DNA of 42,161 nucleotides from Candidatus Peribacteria bacterium RIFCSPHIGHO2_02_FULL_53_20 (GTDB lineage: Bacteria > Patescibacteriota > Gracilibacteria > Peribacterales > Peribacteraceae), in the NCBI GenBank assembly GCA_001787585.1, contig MFXW01000047.1:1-42161 (forward strand), written 5' to 3'. The position numbers and the translations under genes were made by a program. The notes beneath the pieces were generated by a model. The model searched no databases. It worked only from the letters and a program-made list of their open reading frames with translations, and was not told the DNA's origin. Of the stretch, positions 18,393 through 28,314 are shown piece by piece; the first letter of the stretch is position 1, and each line of letters begins with the position of its first letter.

Positions 18393-19385
18393 ATGTACAT
18401 CATTGCCGAAATGGCATGCTCCCACGAGGGGGATCCAGCTCTCGCTCAGGCGATCATTGATGGCGCCGGGAAAGTCGGAGCAAATGCGATCCAATTTCAG
18501 ATCTGGCGTCTTGAACTTGCATCGGCTCCCAGTCTCCCAAACTACGCCGTGCTGCAGAATCTCGAGATGTCTTTTGATGTATGGCGCGATCTCCATACCT
18601 ACAGTAAAAAACACTACCCTGAGATGGAGATCATCGCCTGTGTGAGCGAGCGCGAGAGCCTTGCATTTGCCGAGACACTCGGGGTGGACGCATACAAAAT
18701 TCATGCGAGCGATCTGGAGAATCCCGTGTTCATCTCTGCGGTCGCGAAAACGGGCAAACGCATTGATCTTGCCGTGGGCGCAACAACGAAAGAAGAAATC
18801 ACCCGGGCGATCGGATGGATCCGCGAGACATCCAGTTCGCCGGTATGGCTGATGTACGGCGTGCAGAATTTTCCCACGCGCAGTGCGGACGCCCACCTGC
18901 TGCACATGCTGCAACTCCGGGAGGATTTTGCGCTCCCGGTGGGATACCAGGACCACAGCGACGCTGAAACCCACGCGGCATTCTGGATTCCCGCGGCATC
19001 GGTGGGCATGGGCATCGACATTCAGGAAAAGCACATTACCCATGACCGATCCAAGAAAGGCATCGATCACGAGGCGGCACTCAATCCCGATGAATTTACT
19101 GAGTTTGTCCGCATGTGCAACGAAGTGCAGGCTGCACGCGGCAAGAAAGAGTGGCGCCCCTTCTCCCCAAATGAAGAAAAATACCGGGCATACGCGCGAA
19201 AAAGCATTGTCGCGGCGCGAGATCTCGCTAAAGGGACGGTGCTCATGGAGGACGACCTTCTCGCGCTCCGCGCCTCTCCGCCAGGACTGCCTCCTGTCGA
19301 TCTGCCACGTTTTTTGGGCAAGACGCTGGAATGTGCAAAGTCACGGTACGAACACCTGATATCCGATGATGTGCGTGGAGACTGA
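18393..19385 (+). CDS. NeuB-family nonulosonic acid synthase, divergent, with SAF domain (NeuB1)
   Basis: YIIAEMACSHEGD, VGYQDHS, EKHIT...DH, RKSIVAARDL SAF domain. Confidence 0.88.
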   Translation: MYIIAEMACSHEGDPALAQAIIDGAGKVGANAIQFQIWRLELASAPSLPNYAVLQNLEMSFDVWRDLHTYSKKHYPEMEIIACVSERESLAFAETLGVDAYKIHASDLENPVFISAVAKTGKRIDLAVGATTKEEITRAIGWIRETSSSPVWLMYGVQNFPTRSADAHLLHMLQLREDFALPVGYQDHSDAETHAAFWIPAASVGMGIDIQEKHITHDRSKKGIDHEAALNPDEFTEFVRMCNEVQAARGKKEWRPFSPNEEKYRAYARKSIVAARDLAKGTVLMEDDLLALRASPPGLPPVDLPRFLGKTLECAKSRYEHLISDDVRGD

Positions 19386-19415
19386 AAAATTGTTGCTATA
19401 CTCCGCCGTGCTTCC

Positions 19416-20243
19416 ATGTCCGACCTCTTCACTCTCTCCGGCAAAGTAGCACTCGTCGTGGGTGGACGGGGCTACCTGGGGCAACGGTTCTGCACTGTAA
19501 TGACTCAAGCCGGAGCAACGGTATTTTCCGCGGATCTTCCCAAGCAGTCTTTGGCCGCGAAAAAAGCCGGGAAAGGTACAGAACCCCCCGCCATCACGCA
19601 GAAAAATGTGGATGTGACCGATGCGTCATCGGTCTCTACGCTGGTCGCAGATATTGTCGCGGAGACCGGCAGACTTGATGTCCTCGTGTATGCCGCCACG
19701 GCGAAAGCTAAAGACTTTTTCGCGCCGTTTACCGAGTGTTCCTTGGAGGGATGGAAAAGGGTTTTGGCCGCCGAACTCGACGGCGCATTTCTGGTCGCGC
19801 AGGCGACGGGGAAAATTATGGAGAAACAGAAAAAAGGTTCTATCATTTTCCTCTCGTCTATCTATGGCATAGTGGGAAATGATCAACGTATCTACGAGGA
19901 CTCCAATCTGGCCAGCCTGTACGCGGACGACGATCAGAGAAAAGGGGAAATTGTTTCTCACGGCGCGTATAACACCGCCAAAGGAGGCATTATTGCGTTC
20001 ACGCGGTATCTTGCGGCGTACTGGGGTCATATCGGCATTCGCGTGAACTGCATCAGCCCAGGGGGCATGTGGCATCCCGGCGAGAGCGAGGATTTCGTGC
20101 GCAAGTACTCCCTGAAGGTACCGATGGGACGCAAGGGGAAGACCGAAGAACTCGACGGCGCACTCCTCTACCTAGCGTCGGACGCATCGAGCTACGTGAC
20201 CGGCCACAATCTCATCGTTGATGGTGGATGGACCGCCTGGTAA
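19416..20243 (+). CDS. Classical SDR oxidoreductase (PtmA-like)
   Basis: GGRGYLG, SSIYG, YNTAKGG, IRVNCISPGG, NLIVDGGWTAW. Confidence 0.88.
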   Translation: MSDLFTLSGKVALVVGGRGYLGQRFCTVMTQAGATVFSADLPKQSLAAKKAGKGTEPPAITQKNVDVTDASSVSTLVADIVAETGRLDVLVYAATAKAKDFFAPFTECSLEGWKRVLAAELDGAFLVAQATGKIMEKQKKGSIIFLSSIYGIVGNDQRIYEDSNLASLYADDDQRKGEIVSHGAYNTAKGGIIAFTRYLAAYWGHIGIRVNCISPGGMWHPGESEDFVRKYSLKVPMGRKGKTEELDGALLYLASDASSYVTGHNLIVDGGWTAW

Positions 20244-20259
20244 TTCCTTTCTCTTTGCC

Positions 20260-20979
20260 ATGAATCTTTTGATCACCATCTGCGCCCGCGGCGGTTCCAA
20301 AGGAATCCCCGGGAAGAATGTCCGGTTGGTGAATGGAACGCCGCTCATCGTCTACACCATTCGCCATGCGCTCGCCTATGCGAAAAAGACCGGCGCGGAC
20401 GTGGAACTCTCTACTGACGATGCAAAGATCAAACAGATAGCCGCAGAGGTCGGTCTAGCCACGGACTACACACGGCCACCGGAACTTTCAACGGATACCG
20501 CGGGCAAGCTCGAAACGATCCAAGATGCTGTCTTGCATGCGGAAAAAAAACATGGCAAGCGGTACGACTACATTCTCGATCTGGATGTGACTTCTCCGCT
20601 GCGCACCATGGAAGATCTCGATAAAGCCTTCCGGATGATTGATGGAAACCTGGGTGCCCGCAATCTCTTCTCCGTCAGTTTTCCCAAGCACAATCCCTAC
20701 TTCGACATGGTGGAGCTGAAAGAGGATGGTTTTGTGGATCTGGTGAAGAAGCCAGGAAAACAGATGGTGACGCGCCAGCAGGGACCGCGCGTGTACGACA
20801 TGAATGCGTCGTTCTACTTCTACCGCCGGGCATTTTTCGATGAAGTTCCCCTCATCATTATCAAACAGACCCTTGCCTACGAGATGCCCCACATGTGCTT
20901 TGAGCTGGATGATATGATGGAGTACGAGCTGCTCGATTATCTGCTGCGGGAGAAGAAGCTGGATTTCCTATTTTCATAA
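20260..20979 (+). CDS. neuA: Acylneuraminate cytidylyltransferase (NeuA/PtmB-like; NeuA1)
   Basis: ITICARGGSKGIPGKN, STD, DLDVTSPLR, TRQ...YDMNASFY. Confidence 0.9.
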   Translation: MNLLITICARGGSKGIPGKNVRLVNGTPLIVYTIRHALAYAKKTGADVELSTDDAKIKQIAAEVGLATDYTRPPELSTDTAGKLETIQDAVLHAEKKHGKRYDYILDLDVTSPLRTMEDLDKAFRMIDGNLGARNLFSVSFPKHNPYFDMVELKEDGFVDLVKKPGKQMVTRQQGPRVYDMNASFYFYRRAFFDEVPLIIIKQTLAYEMPHMCFELDDMMEYELLDYLLREKKLDFLFS

Positions 20980-20987
20980 GAACATTC

Positions 20988-21527
20988 ATGGATTTTGCAA
21001 AGACAACAATGGCGTTTGAGGGGTCTAGAGTCACCCTGCACACCATGGAAGACCGTGATGCGACGGAGCAGTACGTCGGGTGGCTCAATGATCCGGAGGT
21101 CAACCGATATTTGGGTACCAAGCATGCGACCATTCAGGAGTTACGTGACTACATCGGGCAGAAAGATCTCCAGCCCAATGCCCTGTTTTTCGGTATTTTT
21201 TTGAAGCAGGACGGCATGCACATCGGCACGGTGAAGCTCGAACCCATCGAACCGGAAAAAAAATGCGCGACAATCGCCGTACTGATCGGAGAAAAAACCT
21301 GTTGGGGCAAAGGATACGCCGCTGAGGCGATGCAGGTCTTGATCGACTGGTGCTTCCGTACACTAGGATTTGATGAAATGAATCTCGGAGTGATCGCAAA
21401 AAATGCTGCGGCGATCCGGGCATACCAGAAATTGGGGTTCCGGGAAGTGAAACGGGACCTCGGATATGTGCGCTACGGCGATGAATTGCACGATCAAGTG
21501 TGGATGACGCTGACATGCCCGGCATAA
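20988..21527 (+). CDS. GNAT N-acetyltransferase (RimJ/RimL/PseH-like)
   Basis: WLNDPEVNRYL, HIGTVKL, WGKGYAAEA, NAAAIRAYQKLGF. Confidence 0.88.
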   Translation: MDFAKTTMAFEGSRVTLHTMEDRDATEQYVGWLNDPEVNRYLGTKHATIQELRDYIGQKDLQPNALFFGIFLKQDGMHIGTVKLEPIEPEKKCATIAVLIGEKTCWGKGYAAEAMQVLIDWCFRTLGFDEMNLGVIAKNAAAIRAYQKLGFREVKRDLGYVRYGDELHDQVWMTLTCPA

Positions 21528-21537
21528 GCTTGCCTTT

Positions 21538-22716
21538 GTGGCCAAGAAAAGGGCAAAATGCGGCCCTATGCGACGCTGTACGAAATGCGTGATGCTTGAA
21601 ACACAGGACATGATCAGCTTTGACGAGGCGGGCGTCTGTGCCACGTGCCGCCAGATCGAATTCAAACAAAACAAGATCGATTGGAAGACGCGGGACCGCG
21701 AGTTCCGGGAAATTCTGGAGCAGAGCCGCGGCAAAGGACCATATGACTGCATCGTCCCATTCAGTGGCGGAAAAGACAGTACGTTCACCGCGCTTGCGCT
21801 CGTGAAGGATTTCGGATTGAAACCTCTCATCGTTTCCTTTGACCACGGCTTCTATCGTCCGAAGGTACTCGCAAATAACGAGCGTACTGTAAAGAAGCTA
21901 GGCGTGGACTATCTGAAATTCAAATCGGACTGGCAGACGGTGAAAAAACTCATGCGCGAATCGTTGATCCGCAAGGGAGACATCATGTGGCACTCACACT
22001 GCGGGATTTACGCGTATCCCATGCATGTTGCCGTCCAACTCAACGTCCCTCTACTCATCTGGGGCGAACCCACGTCCGAATACGTGAGCTACTACAGCTA
22101 CGAAGAGAACGAACAGGTCGACGAGAAGCGATTCAACCGCGTGGTGAACCTCGGCATCAACGCCGAAGACATGGTCGGCATGCTCGATGGGTCGGTCACC
22201 GCACGCGACCTCCTCCCGTACACGTATCCGAAGGCCGCCGACTTGCGGGGGATCGGTTACCGCTCCATTTGTCTGGGAACCTACATTCCATGGGACACGC
22301 GCGAACAGTCCGAACGGATCCGCAAGGAATTGGGGTGGGAAGGAGACCGTGTCGAGGGCATCCCCTATGAACGCTACTGGTACGAAAAAGTGGAAGATGC
22401 CTTCCAGGGCATTCAGGATTATTTGAAATGGCTGAAGCGCGGGATGTCACGGATGACGCATCTGGCCTCGATCGATATCCGCAACGGTCGCATGACCAGA
22501 GACGAGGGATTGAAGATGATCGAGAAGTACGAAGGATACCGCCCGGCAAGCCTCGACGTGTTCCTCAAGGCGATCGATATGAGTGACAAAGAATTCCATG
22601 AAATTGCAGCGCTGCACGTGGTGAGCCCGCATGTCTTCCCCGACTGGCGCACACTCCCCCGCGGACCGGAGTTACCCGACCAGAAAGACTGGATGATCAA
22701 TATTGATCTGGAGTGA
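21538..22716 (+). CDS. N-acetyl sugar amidotransferase (WbuX/PseA-like)
   Basis: CTKC...CATC, YDCIVPFSGGKDS PP-loop, IWGE, SIDIRNGRMTRDEG. Confidence 0.9.
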   Translation: MAKKRAKCGPMRRCTKCVMLETQDMISFDEAGVCATCRQIEFKQNKIDWKTRDREFREILEQSRGKGPYDCIVPFSGGKDSTFTALALVKDFGLKPLIVSFDHGFYRPKVLANNERTVKKLGVDYLKFKSDWQTVKKLMRESLIRKGDIMWHSHCGIYAYPMHVAVQLNVPLLIWGEPTSEYVSYYSYEENEQVDEKRFNRVVNLGINAEDMVGMLDGSVTARDLLPYTYPKAADLRGIGYRSICLGTYIPWDTREQSERIRKELGWEGDRVEGIPYERYWYEKVEDAFQGIQDYLKWLKRGMSRMTHLASIDIRNGRMTRDEGLKMIEKYEGYRPASLDVFLKAIDMSDKEFHEIAALHVVSPHVFPDWRTLPRGPELPDQKDWMINIDLE

Positions 22717-22759
22717 TGCTATAGCACGGCGTTTGGAAACGCCGTGCTATAGTCTTCGC

Positions 22760-23377
22760 ATGATCGTCATTGTCGATTACGGCTTGGGCAACCTCTTTTC
22801 TGTGCAAAAAGCATTCGAGATACTTGGAGCGCCGGTAAAGATTTCAGGTACGGCGGAGGATATCCATACGGCAGAGCGCATTGTGCTGCCTGGTGTGGGT
22901 GCCTTTGGCGACGGAATGGAGTTTCTGCGCACCAAGGGACTCGACCGTGCGTTGACGGAGGAAGTGATCGGAAAGAAAAAGCCGTTTTTGGGAATCTGTC
23001 TCGGCTTGCAATTTCTTGCGGAAACGGGCGAGGAACATGGGGAGCACCGTGGTCTTGGTTGGATCAAAGGCCGCGTCCGAAAACTCGCTGCGGAGAAACA
23101 AGGTCTTAAGATTCCACACATCGGATGGAACGAACTCACGATGGTGCGCGCAAGTCCGATGTTTACCGGCATCAACCCCGATGCCGATTTCTACTTCGTC
23201 CACAGTTTCCAGTTGCAGTGCGCAGACCCAACAGATCTTGTCGCGACCGCGACCTACGGCGAGAAGATCACGGCCGCCGTGGAGCGTGGGAATATTTTTG
23301 CAACGCAGTTTCATCCCGAAAAAAGCCAGGATAACGGATTGAAGCTTCTTGAAAATTTTATCCAGTGGAATCCCTGA
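22760..23377 (+). CDS. hisH: HisH-like glutamine amidotransferase (glycan-amidation associated, WbuY-like)
   Basis: IVDYGLGNL, LPGVGAF, GICLG, PHIGWN, FYFVHS, QFHPEKS. Confidence 0.92.
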   Translation: MIVIVDYGLGNLFSVQKAFEILGAPVKISGTAEDIHTAERIVLPGVGAFGDGMEFLRTKGLDRALTEEVIGKKKPFLGICLGLQFLAETGEEHGEHRGLGWIKGRVRKLAAEKQGLKIPHIGWNELTMVRASPMFTGINPDADFYFVHSFQLQCADPTDLVATATYGEKITAAVERGNIFATQFHPEKSQDNGLKLLENFIQWNP

Positions 23378-23379
23378 TT

Positions 23380-24138
23380 ATGCTCAAAGTCCGCCTCATC
23401 CCCACCATACTTCTCAAAGACGGTCGCATGATTAAAACGCGGCAGTTTAGCGAATACCGCGACGTAGGAAATCCCCGCACGGTCGCTAAAGTCTACGACG
23501 CCCAGCGCGCGGATGAACTGATTTTTCTGGATATCACTGCCACTGTGGAGAACCGGCATTTTCTGTTCGATATCATCGCCGCCGTAGCACAGGAGTGCTT
23601 CATGCCGCTCACGGTTGGCGGCGGCATCCGTGATGTCGCGCAGGCGCGCGCAATCCTCACGCACGGCGCCGACAAAGTGGCGATCAATACTGCCGCAGTG
23701 GAGCGACCGGCATTCATCACGGAGCTGGCCAAGAAATTCGGCAATTCCACGGTGGTGGTTTCTATCGATTATAAGAAGAATGCAAAGGGCAAGAATGAAG
23801 TCTTCACACACCGTGGCACACATCCCACGGGACTCGATCCGGTTGCGTGGGCCAAAGAAGCGCAGAAACTCGGAGCTGGCGAAATACTCCTCACTTGCGT
23901 GGATCGCGAAGGCATGATGACGGGCTACGACTTGGAGACGCTAAAGCAGATAACCTCCAGTGTTTCAATCCCTGTGACCGCCTCGGGAGGAGTGGGGACC
24001 ATCCAGGATCTGGTGGATGGAATTGTTATTGGAGGCGCTTCGGCGGTCGCTGCTGCGAGTATTTTTCACTTCACCGATCAGAGCATCTTCAAAGCACACT
24101 CACATATGAAACAGAAGGGGCTTTCTGTGAGGAAATAA
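23380..24138 (+). CDS. hisF: HisF-like cyclase subunit (glycan-amidation associated, WbuZ-like)
   Basis: RLIP, ADELIFLDI, PLTVGGGI, GADKVAIN, GAGEILLT, DREGMMTGYD. Confidence 0.92.
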   Translation: MLKVRLIPTILLKDGRMIKTRQFSEYRDVGNPRTVAKVYDAQRADELIFLDITATVENRHFLFDIIAAVAQECFMPLTVGGGIRDVAQARAILTHGADKVAINTAAVERPAFITELAKKFGNSTVVVSIDYKKNAKGKNEVFTHRGTHPTGLDPVAWAKEAQKLGAGEILLTCVDREGMMTGYDLETLKQITSSVSIPVTASGGVGTIQDLVDGIVIGGASAVAAASIFHFTDQSIFKAHSHMKQKGLSVRK

Positions 24139-24174
24139 ATTGGCACTAAAAAACAGGAACGGTATGCTGCCGCT

Positions 24175-25488
24175 ATGGAAGGCACCGGACAATCTCTCTA
24201 TCGGCACGCGAAGAAGCTGATCCCCGGGGGAACACAACTCCTTTCCAAGCGCCCCGAGTTTCTACTGCCGGAGCAGTGGCCAGCGTACTTTAGCCGCATC
24301 AAGGGCGTGGAGGTGTGGGATCTGGACGGGAAAAAATACATCGACATGTGCCAAAACGGCGTTGGTGCCTGCGTACTCGGAGCGGGCGATCCAGATGTGG
24401 ATGCAGCGGTACTCGGTGCTATCGCCAATGGAACGATGTCCACGCTCAACTGCCCGGAAGAGGTGGAACTCGCGGAGCTTCTTATAGAGCTGCACCCCTG
24501 GGCGCAGATGGCGCGGTTTGCGAGATGTGGAGGCGAAGCGATGGCGATCGCCGCACGCATCGTACGCGCCGCAACCCGCAAGGAGGTGATCGCCTTTTGC
24601 GGCTACCACGGCTGGCACGACTGGTACCTCTCGGCAAATCTCGCCGATGATCGTACGCTCGACGGGCATTTGCTTCCTGGGCTACACCCACTCGGGGTAC
24701 CGCGGGGGCTCAAAGGCACCACGTTCCCTTTTCGGTACAACCACTTGGAAGAATTGGAGGCTATTGTGAAACTGCATGGCAACAATCTGGCTGCAATCAT
24801 TATGGAGCCGTTCCGAAGCAAATATCCCGATCCCGGTTTCCTGGAGAGCATCCGTGCGATTGCATCCAAAACGGGTGCTGTACTTGTCTTTGATGAAGTC
24901 ACATCCGGATTCCGGGTCTGCCCCGGCGGTGTGCATACAACCCTCGGAGTAGAACCGGACGTCACGGTATTCGCGAAAGGGCTCGGCAACGGGTACCCGA
25001 TGGCCGCCATCATCGGTCGGGAGAAGGTGATGACGGTGGCGCAGGATACATTCATCAGCAGCACGAACTGGACCGAACGCATCGGACCCACGGCGGCACT
25101 GGCAATGATCAAGAAATTCCGAAGAGAGAACGTCCACAAGCATCTGATCCGGATAGGCACCACAGTGCAGCAAGGATGGAAGGATGCAGCCACAAAGAGC
25201 GGGATTTCCGTGCACGTGGACGGCCTTCCTCCTCTGGCGCATTTCACGGTGCAAACGGAGCAGCAGCCCGCGGCACACACATTCTTTGCACAAGAAATGC
25301 TGAAACACGGATTTCTGGCCGGCCAGGTCTTCTACGCAACATACGCGCATACCGATGCGCATGTTCAGGCGTACCTGGATGCCGTCAAAGAGATCTTTAC
25401 TGACCTAGGTCGTTGCATCGCCGATGGATCGCTCCTACAAAAACTTGAAGGTCCCATCATGCATACGGGGTTCCATCGACTCACCTGA
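24175..25488 (+). CDS. Class III PLP aminotransferase (GSA-aminomutase-like, glycan associated)
   Basis: LIPGGTQLLSKRP, GYHGWHDW, FDEVTSGFR, FAKGLGNGYP (PLP-binding Lys). Confidence 0.9.
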   Translation: MEGTGQSLYRHAKKLIPGGTQLLSKRPEFLLPEQWPAYFSRIKGVEVWDLDGKKYIDMCQNGVGACVLGAGDPDVDAAVLGAIANGTMSTLNCPEEVELAELLIELHPWAQMARFARCGGEAMAIAARIVRAATRKEVIAFCGYHGWHDWYLSANLADDRTLDGHLLPGLHPLGVPRGLKGTTFPFRYNHLEELEAIVKLHGNNLAAIIMEPFRSKYPDPGFLESIRAIASKTGAVLVFDEVTSGFRVCPGGVHTTLGVEPDVTVFAKGLGNGYPMAAIIGREKVMTVAQDTFISSTNWTERIGPTAALAMIKKFRRENVHKHLIRIGTTVQQGWKDAATKSGISVHVDGLPPLAHFTVQTEQQPAAHTFFAQEMLKHGFLAGQVFYATYAHTDAHVQAYLDAVKEIFTDLGRCIADGSLLQKLEGPIMHTGFHRLT

Positions 25489-25494
25489 AACATC

Positions 25495-26541
25495 ATGTCC
25501 TTCCGACTGCCAAAGGACCGCGCCTACATCATCGCCGAGGCGGGGGTAAATCATGACGGAAAGGTAGCCAAGGCACGGCAACTCATTGACGTTGCGGCTG
25601 ATGCCAAGGCTGATGCCGTAAAATTTCAACTGTTCACGACCGATGAGATCATTTCCAAAAATGCGCCGCTCGCGGAATACCAAAAGCGTTCCGGTGAGCA
25701 ATCGCAGTACGCAATGGTGAAACGATTGGAGCTTCCCTACGAAGCGTTCCGCGATCTCAAAGCGTATGCGGAAAGCAAAGGACTCGATTTTATCGTCACA
25801 CCTTTTGATGCCACATCGGCACAATTTCTTGCGAGTCTGGGTGTAAAGACCATCAAGATTCCCTCCGGAGAAATCACCAACATCCCGTTTCTTCGGCAAG
25901 TCGCTGATCTGCATCTTTTCACCATTATCTCCACCGGCATGTCCACATTGGAAGAGGTCGCTGAGGCGGTGGAGCCGTTCCAAACCGCGGGTACGCCGTA
26001 TGCACTGCTACACTGCGTCAGTGCCTATCCCGCTCCTATAGAGCAGATCAACCTGCGTGCAATGAAGACGCTGGAAGAAACCTTCCATGTTCCCGTGGGG
26101 TACTCAGATCACACCGAAGGGATAGAGGTAGCAATTACGGCGGTGGCGCTCGGCGCACGGATCATCGAGAAACATTTCACGATCAACAGAAACGATACCG
26201 GACCGGATCATGCGGCATCACTGGAACCTGACGCATTGAAAACTATGATCAGCATCACCAGGGATAAAAATGCGTTGCAAAAAGCGAAGACAGTGCAAGA
26301 GGCATTGGGCACGGGTGAGAAACAATGTCAACCTTGCGAGAGAAACACGCGCGACGTGGTCCGCAGAAGCCTCGTGCTTTCCCGCAATGCCCGTGCGGGA
26401 GAAAAATTGAGCGCGGAAATGATCGCGCTCAAGCGCCCGGGAACGGGTTTGCCCCCGAAGATGCTCCAGGGAATTCTCGGGAAAACCCTTAAGCGGGATC
26501 TGGACGCAGGAGAGCTGCTGGCGCAGGATGACGTGGCATGA
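25495..26541 (+). CDS. neuB: Nonulosonic acid synthase (NeuB/LegI-like), canonical, with SAF domain (NeuB2)
   Basis: IIAEAGVNHDG, AVKFQ, KIPSGE, ISTGM, LHCVSAYP, GYSDHT, IEKHFT, GPDH, LKRPGTG. Confidence 0.95.
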   Translation: MSFRLPKDRAYIIAEAGVNHDGKVAKARQLIDVAADAKADAVKFQLFTTDEIISKNAPLAEYQKRSGEQSQYAMVKRLELPYEAFRDLKAYAESKGLDFIVTPFDATSAQFLASLGVKTIKIPSGEITNIPFLRQVADLHLFTIISTGMSTLEEVAEAVEPFQTAGTPYALLHCVSAYPAPIEQINLRAMKTLEETFHVPVGYSDHTEGIEVAITAVALGARIIEKHFTINRNDTGPDHAASLEPDALKTMISITRDKNALQKAKTVQEALGTGEKQCQPCERNTRDVVRRSLVLSRNARAGEKLSAEMIALKRPGTGLPPKMLQGILGKTLKRDLDAGELLAQDDVA

Positions 26542-27659
26542 AAAAGCGCAGGATTCTGGCTATAACGGGCACACGAGCGGACTACGGGATTTACCGTCCG
26601 ATCGCCAAAGCCATCGCCGCCTCGGAGTATCTTTCCCTCGGATTCATTGTCATCGGCATGCATCTGCGGTCGGAGTTTGGACATACCGTTGATGCCATCA
26701 ACGAGGACGGTTTTCTGATTGTCTCGGAGATCGATTCTCTCGACACGGAAGATACGCCGGAGGCGACGGTCGCCTACATCGGGCGCACGGTGATTGCCTG
26801 TGCGGATGTTCTCAAAAAAATACGACCCGATATCCTGCTCTTGCTTGGAGACAGAGGGGAGCAACTGGCAGGAGCTATCGCCGCAGCGAGCATGGGCATC
26901 CCCATCGCGCACCTGCACGGCGGCGAATCTTCAGGAACCATCGACGATGCCTTTCGACACAGCATTACCCACATGGCGAACCTCCATTTCACATCCGCGC
27001 AGGTGCATGCAGATGCCGTAGTGCGCATGCGCGGCGACGATAAAGGAGTATTTGTTGTGGGTGCGAGCGGTCTCGATACCATTCGTCCGTTGAAACCGAT
27101 ACCGAAGGACATTCTCTTCGCACAAACGACGTTCGATGCTGCCTTGCCGCTGCTCATCTTTGTGCAGCATCCGGACACTCTTGATCCTCTGCCTACGCAT
27201 GAGCAGATCGCCTGTTCATTGAAAGCATTGGAAAGCTTTGCGGGAAATATCCTTCTGCTTGGTGCAAACGCCGACCCGGGAGGAAGGCAATTCAACGACA
27301 TGCTGCATGCATTCACATCCGAAGGAACACACCGGACATTTTGCATGAGTGTGCCGCATGAGACATTTCTCTCCTGGCTCAGTGTTGCGGATATTCTCGT
27401 GGGCAACAGCAGCAGCGGCATCATCGAGGCCGCATCGTTTCATCTGCCCGTCGTCAACATCGGTGACCGCCAGCGCGGCAGGCTGCAGTCGGGAAACGCG
27501 ATCGATGTCCCGTACGATACGGCGCGCATCGAGGAGGCGATTTCACGCGCTCTCACGGATGAAACGTTCAAGACAAAGATACGTTCTATCCAAAATGCCT
27601 ATGGCGATGGGCACACCGCTGACAAGATTGTTGCTATCCTCTCCAAGACTCCTCTATGA
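26538..27659 (+). CDS. neuC: Hydrolysing UDP-GlcNAc 2-epimerase (NeuC/LegG-like)
   Basis: TGTRADYG, GMHL, LGDRGE, HLHGGE, GNSSSGIIEA, NIGDRQRGR, YGDG. Confidence 0.93.
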   Translation: MKKRRILAITGTRADYGIYRPIAKAIAASEYLSLGFIVIGMHLRSEFGHTVDAINEDGFLIVSEIDSLDTEDTPEATVAYIGRTVIACADVLKKIRPDILLLLGDRGEQLAGAIAAASMGIPIAHLHGGESSGTIDDAFRHSITHMANLHFTSAQVHADAVVRMRGDDKGVFVVGASGLDTIRPLKPIPKDILFAQTTFDAALPLLIFVQHPDTLDPLPTHEQIACSLKALESFAGNILLLGANADPGGRQFNDMLHAFTSEGTHRTFCMSVPHETFLSWLSVADILVGNSSSGIIEAASFHLPVVNIGDRQRGRLQSGNAIDVPYDTARIEEAISRALTDETFKTKIRSIQNAYGDGHTADKIVAILSKTPL

Positions 27660-28297
27660 AGACACGGCAATCCATTCTCCTCTACGGTGCGGGCGGACAC
27701 GGCAAAGTCGTCGCCGATATGATCGAAACGGGAGGAAAATATACCATCGCGGGATTTGTGGATGATCACAGAAACGGAAATTTTTACGGGTATCCGATCT
27801 TGGGAACAGGTGACGATCTCTCGTCAATTCTCGCAAAAGGGGTGAAAACCGCAATCGTGAGTATCGGTGATGCTGCGGCGCGCATGGACGCGGAGCGGCG
27901 TCTGCGGATAGCGGGTTTTCTGATTGCCACAATCATCCATCCCTCGGCACAGATCGCACGCACTGCAATATTGGGGGAAGGAACCGTCGTTATGCCACAC
28001 GCGGTGGTCGGTCCGGACACGCATGTGGCTGCCGGATGCATCATCAATACTGCGGCAACCGTGGATCATGACTGCACTCTTGGAGAAGGCGCTCACATCG
28101 CTCCGGGGGCACACCTCGCCGGCGGCGTTACCGTCGGGCGGGAATCCCACATTGGGATCGGATGCTCTGTGAAGGAAGGAATCTCCATCGGCAAACGTGT
28201 TATGGTGGGCGCCGGATCGGTGGTGGTGGAATCTCTACCAAGCGACTGTATTGCCTATGGAGTGCCCGCGAAACCTGTGCGCGGGAAGAGTGCGTGA
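27656..28297 (+). CDS. Hexapeptide-repeat sugar acetyltransferase (NeuD/PglD family)
   Basis: GAGGHGKV, IIHPSA, INTAATVDHDC, GVPAKPV. Confidence 0.92.
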   Translation: MKTRQSILLYGAGGHGKVVADMIETGGKYTIAGFVDDHRNGNFYGYPILGTGDDLSSILAKGVKTAIVSIGDAAARMDAERRLRIAGFLIATIIHPSAQIARTAILGEGTVVMPHAVVGPDTHVAAGCIINTAATVDHDCTLGEGAHIAPGAHLAGGVTVGRESHIGIGCSVKEGISIGKRVMVGAGSVVVESLPSDCIAYGVPAKPVRGKSA

Positions 28298-28314
28298 GGT
28301 ATCATCCTTGCTCC

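Noticed and set aside
22760-24138. hisH/hisF as a histidine biosynthesis operon
   Set aside because: No other his genes are present. They follow a WbuX-type amidotransferase, the known glycan-amidation arrangement.
24175-25488. hemL (tetrapyrrole synthesis)
   Set aside because: The context is entirely sugar biosynthesis with no hem genes nearby, so it is treated as a glycan-associated paralogue.
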